This document shows, piece after piece, positions 42,828 through 54,852 of a stretch of DNA of 64,000 nt (its first letter is position 1; every line of letters begins with the position of its first letter). Made by a program: the position numbers and the translations under genes. The stretch is from Marsupella aquatica. Its lineage: Eukaryota; Plantae; Marchantiophyta. The notes below the pieces were generated by a model. It made no database searches, was not told where the DNA came from, and saw only the letters and a list, made by a program, of their open reading frames with translations. Location: assembly GCA_973895155.1 (NCBI GenBank), contig OZ316897.1, positions 10,935,832-10,999,831 on the forward strand, in the 5' to 3' direction.

Positions 42828-43519
42828 CCCTGGGCCCTAAGCGTTACTAATACAGGGAGGACGTGCGAACATTGGAAGGGTATTTTTAATGTAATGCAAA
42901 CTAATTTTTATAATAGTTTTTAAAGTAGGCAACATCCTTGTATATATATTCAGCACAATATTAGTAATAAGGCTCTTATCAAATACATGTCACATTAATC
43001 TTATGCAAGGGTACCCAAAATGCCAAGTACACGCGTCACTATATGGTTGGCACACATGTCATCACTTCACTTGCACACATGTTCATATAGTAAATCAGAC
43101 ATTTAATTATTTGTCGTCATAAGGCAAGTTTGGTTTCATGGGCTTTAGGAACACTGAGAGGATAGTGCAGCCATGCTTGTCTGTATACTACAGGAAGAAC
43201 TATAATTCTCTAGTACTAATTTTGTTTAACTATATAAAATATGTACCCTAAACAAAGGGCGTAACATACAAGTCCCCTATGAAAAATAAAGTCTTATCTA
43301 TTTCAGTATGATATTTGCAATTTTAAAAATTCAAGGATGTTTTCAATTCCTTGAAAAACTATATTATAATTTACAAAAGGATAAAATTTAATAGGAAAAG
43401 TCAATATTTTTACATTAACAAGGGGATTTTTTTTGTGAACAAAAATATTAAGAAGGGGTACATGGGGGTGTCTGTTCTCAGGGGGGTTCACTTTATATAG
43501 TAAGAGTGAGGGCCCAGGG
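42828..43519. mobile_element. MITE, 8-bp TSD (family A termini)
   Basis: TSD GAATTGCA (42820-27, 43520-27); TIR ccctgggccct / agggcccaggg. Confidence 0.85.
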
Positions 43520-44041
43520 GAATTGCACCGCAAGTGAGATAAGCCCAAGCCAAGGCCCAAGCCCCCCAAACTTCTTCGGTCTATGATTGTTGCAAAATCC
43601 ACGAGGGATCTAGCCTTCGTGTTCTCCCCTGCCCACACAAGAGCGGTGATTTTCTTTCAATGGAGGGCATCCAATTAAAGTGCTCTGCTATCCAGCCCAC
43701 ACAGTTAACATGAACCACAGTGTGCTCATGATCAAATGGTTAGCAGTTGTGACCTATGCAATAAGCCAACCAGAGCTCTTGCGGACACTGTCTAACCTGG
43801 ACTCAAGCTTCTCAGAGAGGGATAATACCATTTGTTTTTCTGAGATGCACTAAGCAATCGGGATGCTCAAGAGTTTGGTGGCATTGGCTTCATCTTCCCA
43901 ACTCCACGACAAACATCTGAACTCAATTGGTATCCGGTGTGAAGAGATGAATGCAACCTTGGTCTTTTCCCAACTATAGAAGAGACCGGAAGCCAGACCA
44001 AAGAGGTCCAACCGAGGGTCCAGCAGTTGCTTACACTTTGA

Positions 44042-44170
44042 CTCGAGGGTCTCACTACATGGGGACCTCCCCATCACCTGTGACGGTTTTAGGCCTCAGA
44101 CCCCGCCTCAGACCCCCTAAAATGTAAGAAAAATTATATATTTTAACCCATATAAAGTTGGAATATTCTT
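44042..44170. mobile_element. Truncated family-B MITE end
   Basis: Reverse-complement similarity to 42650-42768; sits where the LINE RT core is missing. Confidence 0.6.
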
Positions 44171-44949
44171 GGAGAGTGATGTATGTTACGGCCTGGGAGA
44201 AATGAAATTTACTAAGGCAAAATGAAGTGTTGAAGGATCAGAATTAACCTCATTTGGAAGGCCTTTGCACCAATTTTGTACACAATGTTCAACAAGGTAA
44301 TGGGCCATTTGTTGGTGAGAAACACGATTTCGGACCGAACGAGAACTATTTCCTCTAAACGAGAAGTGTATTTTCATTTTCCACCGAATCTCGCGAAATC
44401 GGCAGTTTTTTCATCAAAAACACGTTTTTGGGGAAATAATGTAATTCGTATCGGAGCTCGGATTGAAACAACAAATTTAATAATGATCAAAACCAATGAA
44501 ATTCATGCTAACAAACATTCATATTATCAAGGAACAATTAGATCCAAAAAACTTTCTCCTCAACCTCATATTCACGCTCTCCGAAGATATATGAAAGGTC
44601 TTATCTATAAATCCATATCCACGTTTTGAGCCAAGTGCGATAACTGTATCGGACTCCGGATTTGAGCCACGAAAGCTCCGACCCAATCTCAGTTTTCTCA
44701 GTTTTTGGGTATTTACCAGAAATATTTTACATCACAGTCGATAAGAATTACTGCACGGTTTGTCAAACTTACCTTGCAGTTACCTCCGCAATTGACCAGT
44801 TACCTCCGCAAGTGACCATAGTCAACATGCCATTCTTTCAACAGCAATGCGCAGTCCGATAAAATTATCGTAAAAACTACGGGCGACAAAAATACTAGTC
44901 GACAATACTAAGATCCTTCGGTTCATCGGTTAAATTTCAAAATTCCTAT

Positions 44950-45152
44950 CCATATGAAGAAAACTCTTTGCAATACCAACATCAGATAAATTTATCGCTT
45001 CAATTTCAAAATTGCAACTTCCATATGAAGGAACCACTTTTGCAATACCAACATCAGATGAATTTATTGCTTCAATTTCAAATTGCAACTTCCATATGAA
45101 GGAACCACTTTTGCAATACCAACATCAGATAAATTTATCGCTTCAATTTCAA
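44950..45152. repeat. 71-bp tandem repeat x3, each with the GATAAATTTATCG palindrome core
   Basis: ccatatgaag at 44950, 45021, 45092. Confidence 0.9.
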
Positions 45153-45246
45153 AACTATATAATTTTGCCACGATGCACGTGTGAGAATGAAATTAGAAAT
45201 CCAAGAAATATACCCTTTTCTGCTATTTTGTCGTTTAGGGTGACAG

Positions 45247-45295
45247 CCAATCAAAAGTGGATACGTGGGCCAACCCCTCAACAGACACTATAAAA
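45247..45295 (+). promoter_or_regulatory. Putative CCAAT and TATA boxes for the plus-strand transposon transcript
   Basis: CCAAT at 45247 and TATAAAA at 45289, upstream of ATG 45440 (Ser-rich ORF MSQSDTDSP...). Confidence 0.35.
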
Positions 45296-45942
45296 GGGCC
45301 ACCGCCGATAAGTTTTTGGCGTCATTATCGAGAGTAGAGTTTTGGGAGTTGTGTTCTTGGAGCAACATTCTGTCCGTTGAGCCTTTCATTTTCCCTGATT
45401 GCGGGAGGAATGCAAAGCCCCATAGTGTCTTGGATAGCCATGTCTCAATCAGACACAGATTCACCTTCCAGTTCAGTTGAATCCTCTCCTAATCTTGTCG
45501 CTCGCTGTTTGCCAAGTCGCATACTTAAAGCTCTACCTCTCTCACAACAAATAGTGCCAGAAATCTCTGACTCAGATTCTGATGCAAGTTCTGGTCCTGA
45601 GCCCAATGCTTACTATGTGTCGCCTAGTAAACCTGAGAAGCGTCGTCTCTTGAGCGTTCCATCGCCAAGAAATGAGAAACTTTCAATCCCAGGTTTAGGT
45701 CCGAGACGTCGCTTCAAGCCATCCATCCCGGGTTATGGAGAGGGTATCCGGCGACCGATACGCGTATCGTAGTCGGCATTCAAGTTGCCACATTCAACAC
45801 AAGTTCAACGGCGGATCTTTCAGTCTTCGGGTGAGGATCGGGACACAGAAATACAAAGATTGATACGGCGATCGATCTTTGCATTGCCTGGACTGGATGT
45901 GCGAGCAAGCGAGGGAATCGGACTGCGAAGTCCAGACTCGGC

Positions 45943-46528
45943 CCCTGGGCCCTCACTGTTTGTATATTATACAATCATACCTGTGAGCCTCCCCTACAGA
46001 GGTACCCCTTCTTATTAATTTTTCTCCTATAGAGATTATCCTTGTTTTTTATAAAAACCAAAAATTTCCTCTTATTAAAGTATCTTTAGTGTATTACAAA
46101 AGGGAGTTTTGGGCAATAATAATTATCCTTCATATATTACAATTTTACTCCACACACCCGGTTCATCCTCCATTGCCCCCGGGATCGCCCCCAATCCTCC
46201 CTTCAAAAGTTTTCTGGCTTAGCATAGCTGCATTTTAATCTATGAAGGAGATATGGATACTGTAAGGATAATACACGTGTACCAATTATAATTTGACACA
46301 TGTACCAATAATATGATGTCGCGTGTTGCTACCTATTGATTTATTCTTACGCAAAAGTAAGAAGCATGTCATTTCAAGGGATCTTGCAAAATTACAAAGT
46401 GGTTTCGGTATATATGTGGAGGTTGCGGAATTGTAAGCAAAATATAAAAATTACCGTCAAAGGGATAAAAATGACCCTTGAACGGTTCTCACGTCCTCCC
46501 CGTATTAGAAAGGAGTGGGGGCCCAGGG
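45943..46528. mobile_element. MITE family A (586 bp) nested in the Sola-like element
   Basis: 15-bp TIR ccctgggccc(t/c)cact; 8-bp TSD GACTCGGC/GACTCGAC; close inverted copy at 63027-63603. Confidence 0.88.
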
Positions 46529-46822
46529 GACTCGACCCTTTCTCGAATGGTCTGTGGGAATCGTGGTGAACAAGTGCTCAATTTTCCAGCAGCTCACGGA
46601 GTCGTTGGGACTACACGTGCGAATCCAGAATCTCCAAGTTCTCAAGGGCGGACTGTCATTGGCTCCAGGCTCCAAGTATCGAGGAGAGGTCTTAGTGGCA
46701 TTCGGGTTATGTATAGAGAGCCACGGAGTCCAATTGTGTTTTCAGATGAGTTGAGTATTTTATCGGGTTCAGTATTCATGTGCTTCTTCTTTGGCCATGT
46801 GAGTGGATATATCGTTTGAACA

Positions 46823-46980
46823 GTTTGAATACTGAACCTGATAAATTTATTGTTGTCACAGTTTTTCATTACGGTCTTGTGTTTGAATACTGAACCCGAT
46901 AAATTTATCATTGTCAGGGTTTATCATTACGGTCTCGTGTTTGAATACTGAACCCGATAAATTTATCGTTGTCAGGGTTC
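46823..46980. repeat. 58-bp tandem repeat x3 with CCGATAAATTTATCG, just upstream of the transposase exon acceptor
   Basis: gtttgaatactgaacc at 46823, 46881, 46939. Confidence 0.9.
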
Positions 46981-47027
46981 AACATTGCGGTTATCATGTT
47001 TTGTCCTAAACATTTTTATTATTGTAG

Positions 47028-48636
47028 GAAAATTCTCAACATTGCTAAAAGAGCATCGGAAGGCACAAGCAGTCGAGAGGAAGAAGTTAGCAAAGCACCG
47101 GAGCAAATGTTACAAGAGTCCGGAGAAATATTTGGGCATCTGTATTGATGGAATGGATCAAAAGAAGACAGAGTTACTTCATTTCATTCGGTGTCCGAAG
47201 AATATGGATGAAAAGTATTTCATCCCCGTACACGTAGTGGGTTGTTTGATCTTCAACAAACAATTAAGTTCAAATGTTTTTTTGAACTATCCAAATATTC
47301 ACAATGATAGCAACCTGACCATCCACGTTATCCAGCATATTCTGAATACCTGGGAAGGTATGCTCCCTCCAGTGCTTTACCTCCAGCTTGATAACACAGC
47401 TCGGGAAAACAAGAATAAATATCTTATGGCATATTTGAATATGTTGGTGGAGATAGGTGTTTTCCAGAAAATAAAGGTTGGTTTCCTATTGGTGGGGCAC
47501 ACCCATGATCAAATTGATCAAATGTTTAGCAAGTTTTCTTCAAAATTGAACAAGCGGAAAGCTTTCCGGTTGGACACTCTTTCAAAAATCATAGAGGAAT
47601 CCTACAATCCTACGGCAAAGATATTTTTTGTCGACGAGGTTGCCGATTTCAAGAAATTTGTGTCAGACAAGGATCAAACAAATGACAAGGATATGGATGG
47701 TCAGGTTCTACGCATCTCCACGGCATAAGTGCTCAAAAACAATTTCGGATTACTAGAGTACTCGAAGATGGAAGTGCTCGGTCCGTATTCCATGCCAAAC
47801 ATCTTTCAACGACAACCGATTGGGGGGAGACGGTGGATTTTGTTCGGTACATTCCATCATCTGGAATGTGGGTCGCACCACAAATGGCATTGAAGTCGGC
47901 CACGGGAGCGATAGGAGACAATGAAGAGCAAGAGAATGATGCTGAGGAACAAGATGAGCGAGCGGCTCAAAGTTATTTGTCAACTCTTCAAAAATATCGA
48001 AGAGCAATTGAAGATGGATTCAATTACTTTGACGATGCAGATCGTCTATGGTGGGGTCGTTTTTCTGACAAACAAAAAGAAGTGATTCAGCACCACCTGA
48101 AACCTGCACAATGGAGTTTTGATTGGAGTTGGCCCAAGGTAAACATACAGAGAGAACTTCCGAGTAATCCTACGGAAGCAGCAATGGAACCTAGCTTGGT
48201 TGATAAAGTAGCGGGTGTGAGGACAGTCATGTATTCTGGAAGTCGAAGAAAAGTCACGGAAATTGGAGACTTCAAGGATCTAGAGGTGAATACTAAATTT
48301 GCAATGATATGTGTAGCAGCCCATCAGGATCCCAAGGGAAGACCATTTTGGATGGCAAAAGTGACTGAGATTCTCACAAGAATTAACGACATCCCAGAGC
48401 GGATTAAAATCACTTAGTATGCAATGGATTCGGAGGAAGAGTCTGCAATTGAAGGCAGATATTATCCGGAGAAAGAGGCTTCGTCTAGCAAAGTACTGGA
48501 GGATGAATTGTCCCTAGCAGAAACTGCCGTTTATGCGTATAACTTTGCGTTATTGGCAAATAGTACTCTCCCTATACAAACAAGACGAATCATTCAAAAT
48601 GCAATGGAGATTGTAGTCGTTGATAGTCAAAGCTAG
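47028..48636 (+). pseudogene. DDE transposase (DUF7869-like/Sola1-related) with a C-terminal beta-barrel-like extension; one frameshift, one stop
   Basis: Acceptor attgtag|47028; CIDGMDQ, LYLQLDNTARENKN, FLLVGHTHDQIDQMFS. Frameshift at about 47705-12 into HLHGISAQKQFRI, which runs into ORF 47833; TAG at 48415 (KIT*YA, likely TGG); ends 48636. 5' exons not resolved. Confidence 0.8.
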
Positions 48637-49584
48637 TTGCAGGTTTAAGTTATAATGGTTATCGTTCCCATGAATATGTACAATGGTTATCGTTCTGGGA
48701 CTATGTACTCCTCAGCTATAATGATATTTTTTTTGTTGAAATAATTGCAATGACAAAGCAGTTAGAGAATAAAATGCTAAGTCCGATAAGATTATCGACA
48801 ACTCCATTCCCCCAGCTAGAACACTGCGACAGTCCGATATATGCAAAGTCCGATAAATTTATCGCATTAATAAATGTGACAAAGGTTCTTCCTCATGGAA
48901 TACAGAATCCGATAAATTTATTGACAATTCCATTGGTGATTGACATTATCCTAACGAGCACACGCAACTAATCTAATAACATGTTGTTGAGATCATCCTC
49001 ATTTGGTGTTCTGGGAGGCTCTTCCTCAGTTTCTTCTTGTTCCTCTTCGGTCTCCTTCAGGACCTCAACTACGTAAGTCGATGTCCCGAGAACACCCAAT
49101 TGGCCTACAATTGGTGGTTGAATCTCATGACCTTCAACGCCGTGCCCTTCAATCTGGGATTCTTCATATAAATTCCAGTTTGACTCCAGAATCATGATCC
49201 GGGATTTTACAAAATCAATTTGCGCAGAACTCTTATCAATAGCACAACCCTGGCGAGAATTGAGGAGCGTAGCAGCTAATGTCGATCCGGTTCCACAACA
49301 AAGATCAATAACCCAATCCTCTTTCTCAGAGAAATGGGAAACAAACCAAGCCCCCAAACCAACAGGCTTCTGATATGGGTTCACAACAAATCCCAACGGA
49401 TCAACGAACTTCTTGGTTACACATGGAACCTTGATGATATTGACGCGAGACTCATCCGGTTGGAAATTGTACATGTTCATGTTCCGAATGCCTTCCTCGC
49501 TATAGAAACCTATCGACCAGTTCTCAAAACCCCACGCCAATCGAGCTCCAGCGGGACGCTCATGAATGTTAGTCTTCTCCCAGA

Positions 49585-49912
49585 CTCGGGGGGGTCACTA
49601 TATGGAGGGTCATACATCGCGTGCGACGTTTTAGGGTTTGACCCCCCTAACTTTAAAGTGAAAAATATTTTTTTGCAAAACCCTTTCTTTCTTAAAATTT
49701 TGTCATTTTTTATTAAAAAACCCCTAAAAACTTTATAGAAAGTATTTTTTGCAATTAAATAGGCCTATGTGTTCTTTAAAGTCGACCAATCAATAAAACA
49801 TGCCCTATGTGTTCTTCCACCAAACTTTGGAAGTCTTCCGCCACACCCATTTAAATGGGCCTATACTTCGTCGCACGTGATGTGTCACTTCCGTGGAAGT
49901 GACCCCCCCGAG
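49585..49912. mobile_element. MITE family B (328 bp) inserted in the methyltransferase exon
   Basis: TSD CTCCCAGA (49577-84, 49913-20); TIR ctcgggggggtcact / agtgacccccccgag. Removal restores GVEAGIWEKTNIHERPAGARLAWGFENW. Confidence 0.9.
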
Positions 49913-50461
49913 CTCCCAGATTCCAGCCTCGACCCCACAGTTGCATACACTCTCCAGTGCAGACATCAACCATATGCGTTTGTTGTAGTGAATGGATCAC
50001 AACAAACCTCCACTGCTTAGCGGTCGTCATCTTTGAGAAACTTGTCAACATGTCTAAAATGTCCTTTTCTGTGAAGGCCACTTCATCAAACTCCGAACCA
50101 GGAGCATTAAAACCATACGGAATATCCGCAACCGCAAGGGTGTAAGCCCTTGGCTGAACAAAAGAATCCAAAATTCGAACATCACCAACATGGAGATAGT
50201 AGGGAAAAGAATCCCCGTCTGCATTTTTCCATGTTTGTTCAAACGCTTCTGTTGTGCCCTCGCCTAAGGACCTCAGCCGATTGTACTTATCGATTACAGC
50301 AAGCACAAAATTCTTAAACACATAAGGGATTTCAACTGAGGGAACAATAACCTCCCCCGCAGAATTATAAGTGACAGCCGGAACCACTTTGCTTTTCCTT
50401 TTTGAATTAATCTTCAGCTGTAAAAATGTCAAACACATCTACAGTTAGAATAGCGTGAGAT

Positions 50462-50652
50462 GAATGCTAAAGCCGATAAAAATCTCGCGATGGAGCACGC
50501 TAGCCAATAGATGGAATCGCTTAGAAACCAACAAAGGAATGCTAAAGCCGATAAAAATCTCGCGATGGAGCACGCTAGCTGATAGATGCAATCGCTTAGA
50601 AACCAACAAAGGAATGCTAAAGCCGATAAAAATCTCGCAATAGAGCATGCTG
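50462..50652. repeat. 75-bp tandem repeat x2.5 in intron 2 of the MTase gene, with the CCGATAAAAATCTCG variant
   Basis: ccgataaaaatctcg at 50473, 50548, 50623. Confidence 0.9.
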
Positions 50653-53081
50653 TGAGAGGAATGCTTACCGCGTCACTCAATTTCTCTGCCCATATGCCAA
50701 GGACCAAGACATCTGTTTCGTTGGGAAACATTTCTCTGCATGTTGCCCAATCTGGCTGACCATATATCTGAAAAAATAGTTTCTTCACCTTGGCAAACTT
50801 TTTCAACTTCTCACCTTCCTTGTGCATTTGATCCAAAGTGATCACCTTCCCGATAACCCTGTTCAAGAGACGCTTGACATGCTCCTTATTTGACAGTCCT
50901 TGGAGACCTCGAAATGAATTTAAGTTGAGGTCACCAGCAAGTTTATTCATTTTAATCTCCCTTACCGTCAAAGGTTTTACCTTTCCCTTTGCGTTCGTCG
51001 TTGCCATAATTTTTTTGGGTTGTCCTAAGACAATACCTTTCTCCCACATCTGGAAAATCTGCTCCTGAAGATCCCAAATTTCACCTGTTCAGAAAGCAAT
51101 TTGGAAAGCCGGATCATGTTTGGCCATGGAGTCACAAACTCCTGGCGTGTACTCCATCATGCATTCTTGACAACATGCTTCGTGGACATCTTTAGTCAAG
51201 CCCACACCCATTTCAAGGAAAATATTGTGACAAGCGCGAACTTGGTCAATTTTAGTCATGTTCTTCCGATACTCCTGGTCATAGTTATGCTGGAAGCCTA
51301 ACTTTTGGACCTCGGATCTCGTAAGCCCAACGTAAAACCAAGCTTCCAGCTCACCATATATTTGCTTCCCGTACATTTTAAACAACTCGGACTTTGCCCG
51401 AGCACCATGATTCCCTCCAATAATTCTATACTTCCATACCCTTGACTTCAGGATGTCCCAATCTGCGGTTGTGGGACAATCCTTCGGATCCACACACAGC
51501 ACGAACGGGGCACTGAAGTTGGTGGGGTTTTTCATGAGAAGTATCTTGATATTTTCCACATGCAATCTATCCACTGGTCTAATCAAAGTTGACAAATCCC
51601 CCTCCTCATCAAATATGAGATTGTCGACATGCAGAAGCACAGTTGTCCTTTGCACCTTTCGTTGCATCAGAAGACTGAGCTCTGCCTTGATCGCGTCCGT
51701 CTCATACATCGAAAGAGCCGTCTCCTCCTCCTGATCAGCCTACAAAAGCGTTGCAAATTCAATTAAGGAAAGAAACTGCGAGATTTTTATCGGAGTTCGC
51801 ATTTGTTCAACATAACTCCACAATCCGCAATTCAGGAAATAAACAGCGAGATTTTTATCGGATTTCGTATTTGTTAAATAGTACAACGACGTAGTACTTA
51901 CCAATGGCGCCGTAGGAACCGCAACTAGAACTGATGGAATTGACGGAGCTCTATCTACTTCTGCAGCCACCGTCTCAGTCCAGCTAGTCCTCTTCCTCTT
52001 TGTGCTAAGTCCAGAACCAGATGGCCCGGATCCCTCGGATCCTTTACTTTCGCTTGGTTTAATGGATGGTCCTCGACGGTTGCCCCGGCCTCTCCCACTA
52101 CCGCCAGTTTTCTGGCTCTTCTTCCCACCGTCAGAGGTTCCCGCGACATCTCCCCTGCCGCTACCTCTCCCTTTCCCTCTTCCACTTCCCGAAACCCGAC
52201 CAGAAGTTGTAGGTTCGTCCACGTCAATATGTGTAGAGGATTGTAATGGTTCTTTCCGCCCCGACATTTTATCGGCATTAGAACCACCGCTGCCACTTGA
52301 ACCTGGTTTCTTGAAAACAATTTTGCGGACAGGTTTGAACTCTTCACCCACAAGTCTCTTGTACTCTGCATTCACCCTTGGAAGCATGATGGCATCACAA
52401 TCTTGCACATACTGGCCGATCCAAGCCGAACCCATAACATTCATCTCTCTTGCTGCCCGAACTTTGGCAATAAGGGGATCTTCTGGATAACTGTCCATCG
52501 ATTTCTCATCAAAGTTATTGAGAGTAACAATGAGAGATGTGAAACCCTTGCGCCCACACATTGTCAAGAAACTAAGGCCCTCTGTCAACACTTTTCCCTC
52601 CCCGTGGCTAACCATGAACTCGACGATGGCAACAGCAATGACAGGGCCATACAAAACATTAACCTTCGCCAATTAGACCCAAAGGATTGGGGTAGCACAA
52701 TCTTCGAAACCCGTGGACTGTAATCTGGCGTCACGGAAGTACCATGGCTTCTTGATACACTTGACCTCTTCACAAATGTCTTCACTCGTCCAAATTGCAT
52801 TGGTGAGGCTTGTCATGAGACTTTCTGCCTCAGCAGATCCACTCTTTCCACTAGCAGCCATGGCAAAGTCTGCAAATAAACAAATTCCAATGCAAAGAGC
52901 GATAAAATTATCGCCGCCAATCTCACAGCACATGTGGACACAACATCTCATCACACAAGGACAAAGAGACCGATAAAATTATCGCAAAAGTGAGCCTTCT
53001 TTAAATTGATGGCCAAGTGTACAGGTCAAAGAATCAGCTACGGAACCCTAAATCCAAAACCTTAACCCCTAAACCTAAACC

Positions 53082-53794
53082 CTAATCATAGTTGAACCTC
53101 GCCAGAGCGAAGCGTTCGATCCGCTTCTTGGGCCATTGGGGAATATGAGTGACGCGATGATCATAAGCCCACAGCCAATGGAAATCAACTTCACTAGTCT
53201 CAGGATTCACTACTGCTACTGAATACCGGCGTGATGGAATGTCACAACAAGCATTTGTGCAGCATGGATAGATCTCACCATTGGCAAGGACGTTCGTCCA
53301 CAGGCAACTTACATAGATCAAGTTAAAGAGCGCACAGACCGGCTGGGGGGGGAGTTGACAAATCTTGTATGAATATAGTTTCCCACCAGTGTCAATAAAA
53401 ACTCGGTGGCAAGAGGATTGTCCAGCTCGTCAATCACATCCTGAATCTCATCGAATGCTCTACGTTTGTTGTCGGCATAGAATTCTGGCTCATAAGCAGG
53501 ATTGCCCTTCACAACATGACAGCAGTGGAGTATAAAACGTCTTACTGCACCGGTTTTCAGAAAGAGTAGGATAACTCTTCTAGAAAATCCAACATATCTA
53601 TCCCACCGAATATAAATTTCTCCCCCTACCTGATCTACGTAGAAGTGAAATGCGTTATGGTAAAACGGTTTTACTACCAGCCTGCATATCTTCAAAATTA
53701 GTGACTCATCCAGCCTCCTTAGCTGGTCCAGCATGGCTCCATTCCCCCATTCTGGAGGATCCGAGTAGGGTACAAAAATGCGTCGCTCGAGCAT
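53082..53794 (-). pseudogene. Orphan cargo ORF (about 237 aa if the two abutting ORFs are joined across the G-run at about 53345-53352)
   Basis: ORFs 53318..53794 and 53082..53321 abut on the same strand with globular composition; no family recognised. Confidence 0.45.
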
Positions 53795-54109
53795 GGCCTG
53801 ATCACCGAATAGAAATCAGGAATAATTTTTGGAGAACATACTAATTACAATTCTACAAGTTTCATCCAACTTTACAGTACCTTGTATAACGGGCTGTGAA
53901 GCCAATGCACTTGTCAGCTAATCGTCCAAAGAGGCGCAAACAAATACACTCTGGACCACACAACCCGAAGTCAGGGGAGGCAGAGTCAATTACATTCAAA
54001 GTGTTTCTTTACAAGCTCTTCTCGAGAAAATCTTAGAGCACCCAAAATTGACTAGAGGAATGAGGAGTGCGATAAATTTATCGGATGTTCGCAGCAATGC
54101 CTCATCCAC

Positions 54110-54658
54110 TCAGACTCGTCCATGCCATGCAAGAATTGTCCGCTTTCCGTTTTCTCCAAGATTTATCCAAACTCTACAAAACTGATCTAACTGCTCATAC
54201 GAAAAGCACCCAAGCATATCTATGGGAGGCAGGAAATGAGTTTCCTCTCGGAAGACCCTAGCAATATGTATGTTTGAGAGAAGGTCGGCATTAGGAATGC
54301 TTGCGAGCATTTTGTTTATGTCATTGATCTCACGGACTGCATATTTCAATAGCGCCCAAAATCGTGTACCAACTACAAGATGGTTCCATTTCTTCGAGGT
54401 GGCTCCAAGACAAATGATTGTTCTCATTCGAGTCAGTCGTTCTTCAGCTAGAAGTTTTAGGTCAAGGCCAAGGTGTTCATCTTGTGTGCAAGACAAGGCT
54501 AGGAGGGGCCAAATGTGAGATTCAACGAGTTCATCGGGAAGTCCATTCAACAAACTTCCGCATTCCACACCGGGCACTTTTCCTTGAATATATTTTCTAC
54601 GCTTGTGGGCTAAAACGGATCCCATCTTTGCAACGATTAGATTCTCCGATGCAGCCAT
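54110..54658 (-). CDS. F-box-like protein (transposon cargo)
   Basis: LLNGLPDELVESHIWPLL ... ICLGATSKKWNHLV resembles the F-box pattern LP.E...I...L...VSK.W..L with an insertion; intact 182-aa ORF. Confidence 0.6.
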   Translation of the reverse strand: MAASENLIVAKMGSVLAHKRRKYIQGKVPGVECGSLLNGLPDELVESHIWPLLALSCTQDEHLGLDLKLLAEERLTRMRTIICLGATSKKWNHLVVGTRFWALLKYAVREINDINKMLASIPNADLLSNIHIARVFREETHFLPPIDMLGCFSYEQLDQFCRVWINLGENGKRTILAWHGRV

Positions 54659-54852
54659 GAAGCAGAGCTACCAAAACCACCAATAAAAATACCTTCAATC
54701 ACCAGGTGTAACCGAACACATCCACAGTACCAACCCTGCACGACAGTTTAATGATTAGGACTCGTGACGTATTATATTCGCTGCGCAAGGGTAGGACTTG
54801 TTTATTTAAATATGTCCTTCCAAGACGCGCCTCAATGAAAAGGTCGAAACAC

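Larger units (their letters stand above)
48968..52861 (-). pseudogene. ParB/Srx-like domain plus beta-class N6-adenine/N4-cytosine DNA methyltransferase fusion (about 1050 codons; exons 52861-51902, 51739-50669, 50417-48968)
   Basis: Phase-0 GT-AG introns 51901-51740 and 50668-50418. ParB-like R...H...FVLCVD...YRIIGGNHG; MTase LHVGD, TLAVADIPYG (DPPY-like), IWEK, NPYQKP, WVIDLCCGTGST, AIDKS. Lesions: stops at 52673 and 51089, a 1-nt frameshift at about 49968, MITE 49585-49912. Confidence 0.85.

Noticed and set aside
45377-46819. Ser-rich ORF and downstream frames as the transposase N-terminus
   Set aside because: Interrupted by stops and a MITE; I could not build a convincing spliced link to exon 47028, so it is left unassigned.
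49585-49912. MITE sits at the same IW(E/V)K position where paralog 2 has an intron, suggesting an introner
   Set aside because: No GT/GC...AG pair removes the insert plus one TSD in frame, and paralog 2's intron shows no similarity to it.
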